A stretch of DNA of 64,000 nt, taken from positions 1 through 64,000 of IMG/VR virus record IMGVR_UViG_3300027969_004705. The stretch is one strand, 5' to 3'. The notes below the pieces were generated by a model. That model ran no database searches, had not been told where the DNA came from, and was given only the letters and a program-made list of their open reading frames with translations. Source of the stretch: a virus. A program made the position numbers and the translations under genes. Below, one piece after another: positions 41,522 to 52,186 of this stretch (within the stretch, counting starts at the first letter, position 1; each line of letters starts with the position of its first letter).

Positions 41522-41950
41522 ATGTATCAATATAAATGTACAATCTTAGAGGTAATTGATGGAGATACTGTAAAGGTTGATATTGATGCTGGTTTTAATA
41601 TATGTATTAAAAATCTTAATATAAGACTTTTAGGTATTGATACTCCTGAGAGTAAAACAACTGATTTAATAGAAAAAGTCTTTGGTTTAGCTAGTAAATC
41701 AGTTGTGCAGCAACTCCTACCTGTCGGAAGCACTCAAATTGTTAAAACAACAATTGATGATAAGTATGGTAGATTATTAGGTGATTTTTTAATAGATGGC
41801 AAGTCACTATGTCAGTTACTAGTAACTGATGGATACGCTGTAGAGTATCACGGTCAAAATAAAACTGATATAGCTAGCTTACATTTATTAAATAGAGAGA
41901 GACTAATTAAAGAAAATAAAGTACATCTACCTAACAAAGCTCCAAAGTAA
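41522..41950 (+). CDS. Thermonuclease (SNase-like)
   Basis: VIDGDTV, IRLLGIDTPE, DKYGRLL, LV..GYA..Y. Confidence 0.9.
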   Translation: MYQYKCTILEVIDGDTVKVDIDAGFNICIKNLNIRLLGIDTPESKTTDLIEKVFGLASKSVVQQLLPVGSTQIVKTTIDDKYGRLLGDFLIDGKSLCQLLVTDGYAVEYHGQNKTDIASLHLLNRERLIKENKVHLPNKAPK

Positions 41951-42866
41951 TAAAACAAGCAAAGCAATTAATTTCCTTATCAGTTACAAACGAGCTCTTA
42001 TATAAGTGATCTGCAATAATTGATATCATCTTCTTCTTTCTTAAATCGTCAATATTTTGAGCATATATATGCTCTAACAATTCTACAAGAAGATTATCAT
42101 AATCACTATTAAATCTACTCTCATTCTCAATGAGATATTTACGCAAAGTAATAACATCTTTATTCGAAATATGATTATAGATATTTTTTAGCAGCTCACT
42201 ATCTACATGTATGTTTTCTATACAGAGCTCTTTGTCTACGCAGTTCTTTTGAAGTTCATTGATAGTCTTCCTAATATCAGGAAAATTGACTTTGACGAGC
42301 TCTATGAACTTCTTTTTCTGTTCTTCGCTAACAGTAATATCTTCACTTTTAAGTATAGAATAGCACCTACGTACAGCAGCTTCGATTACTGGCTTAATCT
42401 CAATCGATTGACATCTTGACTGAAGAGCTGGGATAATTTTATGCTTATAATTACCTGTTAAGATAAAACGAGTAGTCTTAGAGTACGACTCCATAGTATT
42501 ACGCAATGCAGCTTGCGCCGGTCCGGTCAAAGAATCACCCTCATCTAAAATAACCACCTTAATACCTCCATCAAATGACTTAGTCTGAGCAAAGTTAGTA
42601 ATATTATGTCTGATTATATCAATACCTGACTCATCTGATGCATTAATATATAGATAGTTACATTTCAATATATCATTTACAATAATACGAGCAAGCGAAG
42701 TTTTCCCTGTTCCAGGATTACCGACAAATAATAGGTTAGGTATTTCTGACTTAAATCCCTTAATAATATCTAATGTTCGATCATCAAGAATAATATCATT
42801 TAAGGTATGTGGTCTATACTTTTCACACCAAATACCATTAAATACACCCTTTACATCTAAATTCAT
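41931..42866 (-). CDS. gp44: Clamp loader large subunit (T4 gp44 / RFC-like)
   Basis: WCEKYRP, GNPGTGKT, INASDE, ILDEGD, AQAALR, ALQSRC. Confidence 0.93.
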   Translation of the reverse strand: MNLDVKGVFNGIWCEKYRPHTLNDIILDDRTLDIIKGFKSEIPNLLFVGNPGTGKTSLARIIVNDILKCNYLYINASDESGIDIIRHNITNFAQTKSFDGGIKVVILDEGDSLTGPAQAALRNTMESYSKTTRFILTGNYKHKIIPALQSRCQSIEIKPVIEAAVRRCYSILKSEDITVSEEQKKKFIELVKVNFPDIRKTINELQKNCVDKELCIENIHVDSELLKNIYNHISNKDVITLRKYLIENESRFNSDYDNLLVELLEHIYAQNIDDLRKKKMISIIADHLYKSSFVTDKEINCFACFITLELC

Positions 42867-42882
42867 ATATGTTTTCTATCAA

Positions 42883-43317
42883 TTATTTACCAGAAGAACC
42901 GAACCCTTTAGCTCCACGTTCTGACTCTTCTATATTTTCAGCCTCACTCATTTCAACAGAATAATTCCTATACACAATTAATTGAGCTATTCTTTCTCCC
43001 TTCTTAACTGTATATTCAGTATCTGTATTATTATATAGCTTTATGCCAGCAGTTCCTCTATAACCTTGATCGATAATACCAGGATGAGGAGTAATTCCAT
43101 GCTTAAACCCCAAACCACTACGTCCTTCAATTTTACACCAATACCCTGGTGTTATATAGGCAAATGACAACCCTACATCGACAACAGTACTTCCTCTAGC
43201 TGGGATAACTATACTCTCTACACTATATACATCAAACCCCGTATCAGTATTAAAATTGCGGGTAGGTATTTGTGCGTCATCATTAGTTTTAGTGAATTTA
43301 ATTTCTACTTTCGTCAT
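42883..43317 (-). CDS. dut: dUTPase (trimeric)
   Basis: GFDVYS, GRSGLG, GIIDQGYRG, GERIAQL, RGAKGFGSSG. Confidence 0.95.
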   Translation of the reverse strand: MTKVEIKFTKTNDDAQIPTRNFNTDTGFDVYSVESIVIPARGSTVVDVGLSFAYITPGYWCKIEGRSGLGFKHGITPHPGIIDQGYRGTAGIKLYNNTDTEYTVKKGERIAQLIVYRNYSVEMSEAENIEESERGAKGFGSSGK

Positions 43318-43368
43318 AATATAATTATAGTAGTTGAAATGAATAAGTCAAGCTTAAATAAGTAATAA
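43318..43368. promoter_or_regulatory. Divergent promoters: TTGACT-N16-TATAAT (- strand, dUTPase) and TAAATA (+ strand, next gene)
   Basis: agtcaa at 43346-51, attata at 43324-29 (6 nt from ATG); taaata at 43355-60. Confidence 0.65.
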
Positions 43369-43809
43369 ATGGATACCGACATAGATAATACTGTAAATGA
43401 TATAATCTCACAGTTAAAAACAAGCAGTTTATCAAATGCTTCGCCACAAAAAGAAGAGGTTAAATTAACTAAAGATAATCTTGAGGAGTTTATTCTAACT
43501 AACTCCGGTAAACTTGTCACCAAATCATTAGGACTTATTGATAATATAGAGTCTTTTGTCTCTACTTCTCCAGAGCCTGATGATGTAGCTGCTTTATCCG
43601 AATTAATAAAAGCTGCGGCATCTGCAGTTGAATCGCTTAATAAAATATATATCGCTGATAGTAAAAATGATAATCAAATGAAGATGAAAAAACTAGACAT
43701 TGCTGCTAGAGAAAAGTTATCTTTAATGGATAACCAAACTAAAATTTTACTATCACGTGAAGATATTATGAAAGCTCTTATCAACACTAATGACGTTATT
43801 GATGTATAA
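43369..43809 (+). CDS. Putative terminase small subunit (T4 gp16-like)
   Basis: Helical, P..VAALSELIK...LNKI, ends SREDIMKAL, resembling the gp16 pattern. Confidence 0.55.
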   Translation: MDTDIDNTVNDIISQLKTSSLSNASPQKEEVKLTKDNLEEFILTNSGKLVTKSLGLIDNIESFVSTSPEPDDVAALSELIKAAASAVESLNKIYIADSKNDNQMKMKKLDIAAREKLSLMDNQTKILLSREDIMKALINTNDVIDV

Positions 43810-43810
43810 T

Positions 43811-45694
43811 TTAAGGTGTAGGAAATAATGTACTATTTGGCTGTCCATCTGCTGTTTTGTCGTTAGTTGGTAAAGCTGGCAAATCTACTTTTTGTGCTGC
43901 ACTATCAGGTGATTTAAAATTTTGTGAGCTATTAAGTGCTGCTAAAACTTGACTCTTACTGCCGACGCATATTTTTACATACATGGAACCTATATTTGGT
44001 ACACTAGATACTGTTCTCTCTGTCCATGTTTTATAAGGTACTGATTGTCTGCTTATAGGTTTTTGATTTGTTACTTTGTAAAAAGCATAAGGTGTAAAAT
44101 CAATAATACGCTCACCGTCATTAGAAGATCCTTTTCTATCAATTAATTGAATAAGTTCAGATTTACCATTATATCTAACATACGCAAATAAATTATTATT
44201 CTTAGCTAAAGTTGTAAATTTATTTAAGCTTAAAGTTATACCAGTATTCGCAATTAAAGCGTTTACTAATACTTCATTAAATGCTACTCCATGATTAAAC
44301 TTATCAGCATTAATAGTTGTTAGATCAGTATTGTTATCTGTACCTCTACTCCATCTACCTGAGTATCCATTATTTTGATCTGTTTCTGATCTACTCATAC
44401 AATTATCTACTAATTGTGCATCTCCTGTTATACCTTGAATGCTCGGAGTTAATACTTGACCTATGTTTGCTACGCCCATTCGCGTTTCGACATCACTAGA
44501 TGTTGCTGCATAACTATCTACCCATATTGTCTTATCATCTGTATCAATCCAACTAGCAAATATCGTATATTTATATCCTGAGCTTGAAGATGCTAATAAT
44601 TCAATGTCGTCTGAAATTAATACTTCATCAGTATACGGTTTGTTTGTAATATTTGCTTTTTTATAACCAAGTGCAATATTATCTGATGTAGAAGTTCGAT
44701 CTGATTGACCTATAGAGTTACCTGAATATGCTGATCCATTAACATTATAAGTAATAGGAGTAACGCTTACAGATTTTCGATTCTGCATAGGGTCATAAGG
44801 ATTATACTTTAACGCATATTCATATCTATTAAAACATGGTCCTAGGTTCTTTGAGATATTAGCAAGTATTTCAGGAGCAGTTGTACTAATATCTATATAT
44901 GATTTTATATCAGGAGTATACTTATAAGGTGAACTTTCTTTTCTTAAAGTTTCACCTGTTTCTGCTGCATTAATAAAAGTAGATTTATCTTTTTCATCAA
45001 CCATACTGCCCTGTATAACACCCCATGCATCACTACAAGTCTTAGACAATGACATAATTCCATGCTGAAAAGCTTCTGGTATTTTATGAAATACAGCTAA
45101 ATCTATACCATTTATCACTGACGCCATTGAATCCTTTAAACTATCCATTGATAGCATAGATGCGCTATTCATAGTAGGTAGTATTTGAGTTGTTTTGCCT
45201 ATACTATTAGATAAAGGACTAAAGGGATTACAAGGCGCATTTATACAATCTTTAATAGCTGCTTTGAGCTTACTATTAAAGTCGCCATTAGTTGTGCTAT
45301 TCGGATCGACTAGATTACCTGCACTATCTCTCACATTTCGTCTATCAGCATTTATACCTTGAAATGTCTTCGGTAAATTATCTATATTATTAAATGTCTC
45401 TATTACCCTATCTATTTCATATGTGAATATAGGATAATTCAACATTTTAGTTGTGTAGAAGTTAATGGTAGCAGGGTCTAAATACCCACTACACAACATA
45501 AATGTATTAGTGAATGTCTCTCTCGCACTTAAGTTTCCATTTATAGCTTGATTAAAATTTATAGCTAAATCAAAGTCTAAACTTAAGCTCGGATCATCAA
45601 GCAAATCACATAGAGGAGAACTATATTTAATAAATTCTCTACTTATAGCGTAGCCGAATAATTTTTCAGCTAAATTTGTTTCATAGATGAGCAT
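43811..45694 (-). CDS. Baseplate hub-associated protein with a C-terminal RlpA/DPBB-like lytic domain
   Basis: NGKSELIQLIDRKG...RIIDFTPYAF resembles the RlpA v.INDRGP..RIIDLS..A motif. Confidence 0.55.
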   Translation of the reverse strand: MLIYETNLAEKLFGYAISREFIKYSSPLCDLLDDPSLSLDFDLAINFNQAINGNLSARETFTNTFMLCSGYLDPATINFYTTKMLNYPIFTYEIDRVIETFNNIDNLPKTFQGINADRRNVRDSAGNLVDPNSTTNGDFNSKLKAAIKDCINAPCNPFSPLSNSIGKTTQILPTMNSASMLSMDSLKDSMASVINGIDLAVFHKIPEAFQHGIMSLSKTCSDAWGVIQGSMVDEKDKSTFINAAETGETLRKESSPYKYTPDIKSYIDISTTAPEILANISKNLGPCFNRYEYALKYNPYDPMQNRKSVSVTPITYNVNGSAYSGNSIGQSDRTSTSDNIALGYKKANITNKPYTDEVLISDDIELLASSSSGYKYTIFASWIDTDDKTIWVDSYAATSSDVETRMGVANIGQVLTPSIQGITGDAQLVDNCMSRSETDQNNGYSGRWSRGTDNNTDLTTINADKFNHGVAFNEVLVNALIANTGITLSLNKFTTLAKNNNLFAYVRYNGKSELIQLIDRKGSSNDGERIIDFTPYAFYKVTNQKPISRQSVPYKTWTERTVSSVPNIGSMYVKICVGSKSQVLAALNSSQNFKSPDSAAQKVDLPALPTNDKTADGQPNSTLFPTP

Positions 45695-45731
45695 TTAATT
45701 ATTTAATGTTATGTCTTTTAAACAGTAGGTA

Positions 45732-47150
45732 TTATGGCAATGGTGGTAGACCTACAGGCTGGTTCGTAGTAGGTGCTATGTTATTTGGTTTAGTACAGAA
45801 TTTAACCGCTGTAATTTCATTTTGATACATTTCATTCTCAAAAATATGTTTTATGCTAACTATAAACCAATAACCTGTAGGTGATTCTGTTTGATCTTTT
45901 TTATCACCGTTTATTAAAATAAACATACCTGGATTCCGATAAGGATTGCCTGTAGTTCTAAAAGTAATCGCTGAATTATCGAATATAAAACTCCTTGTTA
46001 CCATCGCTTTTATACCCGCTTCAATTATTTTTACAATATCTGTGCTACTTTCCTTAAAATCGCAAATATATTCTGAGGTTTTTAAATCATCAGCATTATT
46101 TTCTGTCTGATCTTTTGGGACATTTATTTCTTGTTGTGAATTAAGGGCTGCTGATTTAAACAAATCTCTCATATCACTATACTTTATAATGTTGGTTGTA
46201 ACATCAGTAATATTATTATCTACCATATAAACTACTTTATGATTCGTCCATGTTGTTAAAAGAAGTTTATCTAAATCTGCTTCTGCTACGACGTACTGCT
46301 CTATAGTATTTTCTCTAAGTATTGGATTTGCTTCACCTTGACCTCCTATTACAAACGTTTCAGATACATAATCTTGCAGATCTTTTTCATTTCTCTCTAG
46401 CTTAGTATTGAAGTCTTTTATTATTTTAAACAAAGGTCTCATTGTAAAGCGTCTTTGTATATTACTATTAGCTTCATTTAATTGAAAGTTCTCTAGCTGC
46501 AATAAACCTGGGCTACTTAGTTGTCCATTTTCATACCATAGATATTTATATAATAAACCAATTAAATCATAATAACTTTGCATTGGTTTAATTACCTGAT
46601 CTAAAGGTACAATAAGATCAGTATGCTGAAATTCTTCTTTGTGTACATAAAAATTTGTACCGCCTTTATCAAGACATGTAGTTAGTAAATGTTGAATAGT
46701 CTCTGTGAGATTTTTAGTACCAGATATCTCTCGTGGATTTACTTTACGTTCTCTAAGAAGTCTTACCGCATACTCTTCAAAATTATATGTTAAATTTTTA
46801 TCAACAGGATTTTTTGAATCATCGTCTCCTAAGCCTAACTGTACAATTACTTGTAGACCTTTATCAATAATACTTACTTTATCTCCGAAATCCTTATTTT
46901 TAAAATTAATATCAAATAACGTAATGCCTTGATTAACGCCTCTACCTAAACCTAATTTATCCAAAATACCAAAGAAGTTATTAAACACAACTTTACCCTG
47001 AACTCCAAAATTAGCTAAATTATCTTCTATCTCGAGATACAGCACCATTGCCTTACTAATCGGAATAAAGTTGTAATCATTCTCAACAACTCTTGTTAAG
47101 GATAAATCAAATTCATAGATACTACTACCTATATTTACTAGCTTATTCAT
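45732..47150 (-). CDS. Baseplate hub protein (gp27-like)
   Basis: LEIEDNL...GKVVF; C-terminal GNPYRNPG.FI...GYWFIVSIKHIF. Confidence 0.7.
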   Translation of the reverse strand: MNKLVNIGSSIYEFDLSLTRVVENDYNFIPISKAMVLYLEIEDNLANFGVQGKVVFNNFFGILDKLGLGRGVNQGITLFDINFKNKDFGDKVSIIDKGLQVIVQLGLGDDDSKNPVDKNLTYNFEEYAVRLLRERKVNPREISGTKNLTETIQHLLTTCLDKGGTNFYVHKEEFQHTDLIVPLDQVIKPMQSYYDLIGLLYKYLWYENGQLSSPGLLQLENFQLNEANSNIQRRFTMRPLFKIIKDFNTKLERNEKDLQDYVSETFVIGGQGEANPILRENTIEQYVVAEADLDKLLLTTWTNHKVVYMVDNNITDVTTNIIKYSDMRDLFKSAALNSQQEINVPKDQTENNADDLKTSEYICDFKESSTDIVKIIEAGIKAMVTRSFIFDNSAITFRTTGNPYRNPGMFILINGDKKDQTESPTGYWFIVSIKHIFENEMYQNEITAVKFCTKPNNIAPTTNQPVGLPPLP

Positions 47151-47524
47151 TTGTTAATTTGGTCTGATATATTATTAAGTACAATATCTAAGTATTGAGG
47201 TAATATATATTTATATGCTGTACCAGCTTCCGCATAAAATATATTATCTGGACTATTCGTAATAAATATTAACCACCATAAGTTAATATCTTTATATAGT
47301 TTGTAAGCTAATGTAGTCCATGGCAATTTAGAGCTTAATACTATAATACCAAATAAATCTGAGTTTAATGAAGTAGGTACTACTACTTTATTTAAAATAT
47401 TAAAAAATGCATAGCTATTATTTGCATCTTTAACAATTTTATACAACTTAAAAATTTGTTCATATCTTGTTTTATCAAAAGATGTGTTGATAGGAATTTG
47501 ATTAATGGAAGTTGTTGTACTCAT
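47147..47524 (-). CDS. gp53: Baseplate wedge protein (T4 gp53-like, LysM-like)
   Basis: TTLAYKLYKDINLWWLIFITN. Confidence 0.8.
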   Translation of the reverse strand: MSTTTSINQIPINTSFDKTRYEQIFKLYKIVKDANNSYAFFNILNKVVVPTSLNSDLFGIIVLSSKLPWTTLAYKLYKDINLWWLIFITNSPDNIFYAEAGTAYKYILPQYLDIVLNNISDQINK

Positions 47525-47525
47525 A

Positions 47526-48632
47526 TTATTGTTGACTCACACGTATTTTAGAACCTGTAAAACCTTTAGCGACCATCATATTACTTACGTCAGATATTAA
47601 ACTCTTAAATGTAATTGATACATTATACGCTTCAGGAATTGCAGTACTGACTATATCACCTGTAGGTAATGTAACAGGTAAATTACGCCTGGTACCTTTA
47701 AAATCTACAGTAAGATTCTCTATAAAACAATATGGAAAGAATTCTTGACCAGGAATTGTAAGAGTATACATTTTAGCTGGTGAGACTCCAGAGAATGATG
47801 TGCGGTAGGGTTTATTTTGGAATGCTAATATCCAAAGAAGTTCATAGTTCTGCTGATAAGGCAGTTTATTATTTGATATACTACCAGTACCTCTTGTTAC
47901 TGTATTAAAGAGAGGAAAAGTAACTGTAACTGATTTATTATCAGTATTATATTGAAAATATTTTGGCTTCTCTATAAACGTACCAGGCTGATTAATATTA
48001 ATTGTATTAGAAAGTCTTTCTCCTGCGGCTTCTAAACCTTCTAGAATTTCTTTAGCAAATCCTGGTCCTTGTGCTGCTTCTCCCCAAGAATTTGAAACAG
48101 CTTTACTATTATTATCAAAATAAGGTAACGCATACTCAAATTTTGTTACTTCAGTCTTATATATACCTATATAAGACTTAAGATCCTCTAATAACGCTAC
48201 ATCACTCTCACTACCAGCTTTAAAAGCATCTATAGATTTTATAAGTTTTTCTGCTCCAGCCGCTAAATTGTCTGCTGCTTTTGGTAATAATGTATTTATT
48301 TTTGTTGCAATATTATTAATTAAATTAGCTGTACCAGCCACAGCGTTAGTTGCTACATTGCCAGCTACATTGCCAGTTGCATTGTCACCTGCGTTTAAAT
48401 AATATAGTGCTGAAGCTAATAAAGAATTGAGAGTTTGCTTTCTTTCAGTAAGGTATAATATAGGTACTTTTTTAAATTTATTAATCTGCGGAGATGCTGT
48501 CCACATAAAATCATTAATAACATCAATAACTCCAGGTCCACTTGGTATTAATATTTTTTCAGTAGTGCTTGTACCGAGGAGATCTGATTTAGTTTGAGAG
48601 TTTTCTATTTTAGCGTAATATGGTCCTGGCAT
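47526..48632 (-). CDS. Baseplate/tail tube cap protein (gp48-like)
   Basis: VTFPLFNT, P..YTLTIPG...CFIENLTVDF, PEAYNVSITFKSL; synteny. Confidence 0.6.
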   Translation of the reverse strand: MPGPYYAKIENSQTKSDLLGTSTTEKILIPSGPGVIDVINDFMWTASPQINKFKKVPILYLTERKQTLNSLLASALYYLNAGDNATGNVAGNVATNAVAGTANLINNIATKINTLLPKAADNLAAGAEKLIKSIDAFKAGSESDVALLEDLKSYIGIYKTEVTKFEYALPYFDNNSKAVSNSWGEAAQGPGFAKEILEGLEAAGERLSNTININQPGTFIEKPKYFQYNTDNKSVTVTFPLFNTVTRGTGSISNNKLPYQQNYELLWILAFQNKPYRTSFSGVSPAKMYTLTIPGQEFFPYCFIENLTVDFKGTRRNLPVTLPTGDIVSTAIPEAYNVSITFKSLISDVSNMMVAKGFTGSKIRVSQQ

Positions 48633-48634
48633 AA

Positions 48635-50596
48635 TTATATAGGCTGAAGGTTATGTGAATTATTAAAGCTGCTTCTTAAAAAAGTAGCTGCAGGTATTTC
48701 CTTAGTATCTCTACTGTTTGTTTGGTATGTATTATTAGAAGTAGAGCTTTCTTTATTCTTAGTTAATAAAATTATACCATCGCGTATTTGTTCAAGAATT
48801 GAAACTTGCTTGCTGGCTACAAATAGTTGTTTTTTATTATTAATAGAGCTACTTTGTAATAACTCATTAACAGCTCCGCCATTTTTCATACCCAGTATTT
48901 CATCTTTATTACTAAATTTATAAACTTGATTATTCTTAATAATAAAGTCTTGCATCTCACCAGTCTCACCGACTGGTAACATAGTACCTGTAACGGCAGC
49001 TTTGCCTACATCACTGATAGCCGACTCTGGTATTATATATGAAGCAAATTGAGATGCATAACGACCAGCTTTATCACCTAAGTATCCACCAAATAAAGCA
49101 CCTAATGGACCTCCGACTAAACCAAGAGCTGCACCTCCTGCACCGCCGAGTACACCACCTATACCTTCAAGTACACGGTTACCTGCTTTTTTATATAATT
49201 CTTGATCTGTTGATATTTTATTTTCCGCTCTTTCTTGTTTATAATCTGCAATATCACCTTTTGCAAAAAATAACTCTATAAGTGAGCTAATAATAGGTAT
49301 TCTTTTTGCTACAGGCATTAAAGTTTTTACAAATTTACCTAAAAATCCTAATGTTCCTCCAGCTGCACCAATTGAACCTTTTACTGCATTAATAGCTGCA
49401 TTTATTGCTTTTGTTCCTATCTGCTTTATAGGTGTTACTACTGTATTTACAGCTCGTTTACCTATATCAACGACCCTACCGCCAAAGTTCCATGCTGAAT
49501 TTAATATAGCGCGTCCGGTTGATATAGCCGGCGCTACTGCTGTTTGAACTTTTGATATAACAGGAGCTGCATACTTCGCAATAGCACCTCCTACAGAACT
49601 TGCTTTCTCCATAAAAGCAGATCCTGCACGAGCTGCAGCACTTTTTATACTAGCAAAAGTCTCACCTACACTAGTAGTTAATGAACTAAAACGCTCTCCT
49701 ATACTCTTACTGATTGATTTAAGAGTCGTTTTAATTGCTTCATAAGTTTTACTAGAAGTAACTTTAGTTTTTAACTTACTTAAGTTAGTTTTAAGTTTAC
49801 CATATTGTTTTGATACAGCAGCAGCTACTCTGCCAGCTACTTTCATTGCGGCTTTTGCACCCGCTTTAATTCCTTGCCATACTCCTTGAGCTACAGACTC
49901 GAAGTTACCAGCTAATACATCAGCTAACATCCAACCTAGTCCTAAATCTGTTAACATATCCAGAAGACCTTTGCTTTTACTCTTTTCACCGGTAGGTCCT
50001 GTAGGTACCGCAATACTACCCTTTGTTACTTCTTTTATTTTAGATTCCTTTAAATTTGCTTGTAACCGACCTGCTTCTGGTCCTTCAGCAAACTTACCGA
50101 TTCCAAGCGCCTTACCTAATATTGTAAATACTCTCGTATAGTATTGAGTTTCATTACTTGAAGCACTAATAGGGTATTGCTTATCTAATGCTTTAGATAA
50201 AGAGTCAGTTGGTTTATCTAATGTGGTTTTAAATAGAGATTCTTTTATTTTTTCTATTACTCTATTAGATAGAGATTCTTTGGAGGTATTTGTTGTATTG
50301 CTTCTATCTTCTCTTAATACTTGTTTATCTGGAGATATTTCACTTTTTGTTGTAGTGGTAATTGGTCTAATCTTAATTATTTTATCTAAAGCATTATAGT
50401 TACTATTTAAAGCTTCAGAATTTTTATCAACATTATTACTTAAACTCTGTAAAACTTTAGTAATTTCATCAATAGGATTTTTTTTATTATTATCAATAAC
50501 ATTAATAGTGCGATTATCTATCTCCGCATTTTTACTGTTCGACGCTTCAACTAAAGCTGTCGCTGCTGAAATTACATCTGTATCATCATTATTCAC
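48635..50596 (-). CDS. Tape-measure-like tail protein (gp29-like)
   Basis: Long Ala/Lys helical region, KRIPIISSL, glycine zipper GGVLGGAGGAALG..GG. Confidence 0.65.
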   Translation of the reverse strand: MNNDDTDVISAATALVEASNSKNAEIDNRTINVIDNNKKNPIDEITKVLQSLSNNVDKNSEALNSNYNALDKIIKIRPITTTTKSEISPDKQVLREDRSNTTNTSKESLSNRVIEKIKESLFKTTLDKPTDSLSKALDKQYPISASSNETQYYTRVFTILGKALGIGKFAEGPEAGRLQANLKESKIKEVTKGSIAVPTGPTGEKSKSKGLLDMLTDLGLGWMLADVLAGNFESVAQGVWQGIKAGAKAAMKVAGRVAAAVSKQYGKLKTNLSKLKTKVTSSKTYEAIKTTLKSISKSIGERFSSLTTSVGETFASIKSAAARAGSAFMEKASSVGGAIAKYAAPVISKVQTAVAPAISTGRAILNSAWNFGGRVVDIGKRAVNTVVTPIKQIGTKAINAAINAVKGSIGAAGGTLGFLGKFVKTLMPVAKRIPIISSLIELFFAKGDIADYKQERAENKISTDQELYKKAGNRVLEGIGGVLGGAGGAALGLVGGPLGALFGGYLGDKAGRYASQFASYIIPESAISDVGKAAVTGTMLPVGETGEMQDFIIKNNQVYKFSNKDEILGMKNGGAVNELLQSSSINNKKQLFVASKQVSILEQIRDGIILLTKNKESSTSNNTYQTNSRDTKEIPAATFLRSSFNNSHNLQPI

Positions 50597-50604
50597 AAAT
50601 ATAT

Positions 50605-51342
50605 TTAATCATTAGTTAGAAAACTAGCATCTATTGTTAGTTCAATGTTTTCATTAAAACAAAAATTCTTCTGTTCTGCATTTTTGTAGTTAGCAATATA
50701 TTCGATTATATCATTGTTAAGCTTTAGAGGTATGTTATCTAGTATACTCTTTCTTTCGCTTACACTATATTGATTTAAATTAATAAGTGTTTCATCTATC
50801 TTAAGTGTATCGACAAACTTTATCATCTCGTAAGTAAGTAGAGTAGTAATATAATCACTATCTTGCTTAGTTTCATTTTTTGTTTTTGCTATTTCGACTA
50901 AGCATTTCTCAATAACTTGACTTTCAAAATCTAATGTAGGTATTTCGACAGTTGCACTTATATTCTGATATGTGAGAGTATTCGATTTTTCTACAGTTTG
51001 TTGTGCATATGGCGGCAACTCGTTCAAATCATATTCCTTGCTATCTATTTTAATAGCAGATCCAATATTAGCTTTTCTTAGCTGTACTAAAATATAATTT
51101 CTATCAGACAATTTAAAGGAAGTAGGTTCAATTGAATTCTCTTTAATAATATTATTAAAGATATGATTTAATCGAACACTACCTTCAAAACCATCCATTG
51201 CACATTTAATTATATCTTTGTGTTGTTTTACAGTTATGGATTTAAACTTGCATACTTTACCTGTAGAGGGTATCTCAATTGCTGTAATGTCATTATTATT
51301 GATATTTTGCAATTCTAAAACAAGATCTTTTATGTTACTCAT
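50605..51342 (-). CDS. Baseplate hub assembly protein (gp26-like)
   Basis: IPSTGK..KFKSITVKQHK, DRNYILVQLRK..IG. Confidence 0.7.
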   Translation of the reverse strand: MSNIKDLVLELQNINNNDITAIEIPSTGKVCKFKSITVKQHKDIIKCAMDGFEGSVRLNHIFNNIIKENSIEPTSFKLSDRNYILVQLRKANIGSAIKIDSKEYDLNELPPYAQQTVEKSNTLTYQNISATVEIPTLDFESQVIEKCLVEIAKTKNETKQDSDYITTLLTYEMIKFVDTLKIDETLINLNQYSVSERKSILDNIPLKLNNDIIEYIANYKNAEQKNFCFNENIELTIDASFLTND

Positions 51343-51355
51343 TTGATTAATTATG

Positions 51356-52171
51356 TTATTCTTGCTGCGATTTCAACTCTTCATTCCTCTTTTCAATTTC
51401 TTTATTACGTATATTCACAATTATTTTTGTTTCAAGTGGAGACAAGTTATTATAAAAATCTATATCGGAACTTATATTAGTAAGATAACTATATATTAAT
51501 TCATAACAATGCAATAAGTTAGTCGCATATATAGAGCTTAAGAAAGTAATTGCTCCATTTGAAATTATATCTATTTTATGCTGCTTTATATCAAATTCTT
51601 TAACTTCATCTATTAAGATAAAATCTGTTAATAAATTAGAAAGCTTAGCTACATATCGCTTTAAACTATAAAAAACTTTTGAGGGTAAGTATGCCATTAC
51701 TAATTCTTTTTCTTTATTACTTAAAAGTGTGAAATCGGTAAATTTGTCTTTGTAGTTAATGGATTTAATAATATTATTATATATATCATCAATGTTTGTA
51801 AAGTACAAAGTAGTAGGTAACCCAACTGTTAAAGATATATCATTAACGTTTATTACTTCTACAAAATCCTCATAAATGTTATTAATTTTATCTAAGATAG
51901 TATTTAGGCTTAAATCTAATACTCTATCTTCTACTTGAAGATGTATACTCTCATTTACAAAAATCATCCTATAATATACAAGGAGATAAAATCTATCTAA
52001 GATATCTAAATTTTTAGGAATATTAAGATGTACATTTATAAGCTCATTAAATCCTTCATAATCTTCATTTTCACAATACTTTACAAGTACTAAGTAAATT
52101 TTATTATCTAACTCTGGTACTCTAATTGTTGTACCGCTTGGTAGCAATACTTTAATACTAAAATTCATCAT
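51356..52171 (-). CDS. Baseplate hub assembly protein (gp26/gp51-like paralog)
   Basis: LPSG..IRV, DRFYLLVYYR, C-terminal LSPLE..I...KEIEKRN resembling gp51. Confidence 0.55.
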   Translation of the reverse strand: MMNFSIKVLLPSGTTIRVPELDNKIYLVLVKYCENEDYEGFNELINVHLNIPKNLDILDRFYLLVYYRMIFVNESIHLQVEDRVLDLSLNTILDKINNIYEDFVEVINVNDISLTVGLPTTLYFTNIDDIYNNIIKSINYKDKFTDFTLLSNKEKELVMAYLPSKVFYSLKRYVAKLSNLLTDFILIDEVKEFDIKQHKIDIISNGAITFLSSIYATNLLHCYELIYSYLTNISSDIDFYNNLSPLETKIIVNIRNKEIEKRNEELKSQQE

Positions 52172-52186
52172 AATATTAAAAAAATA

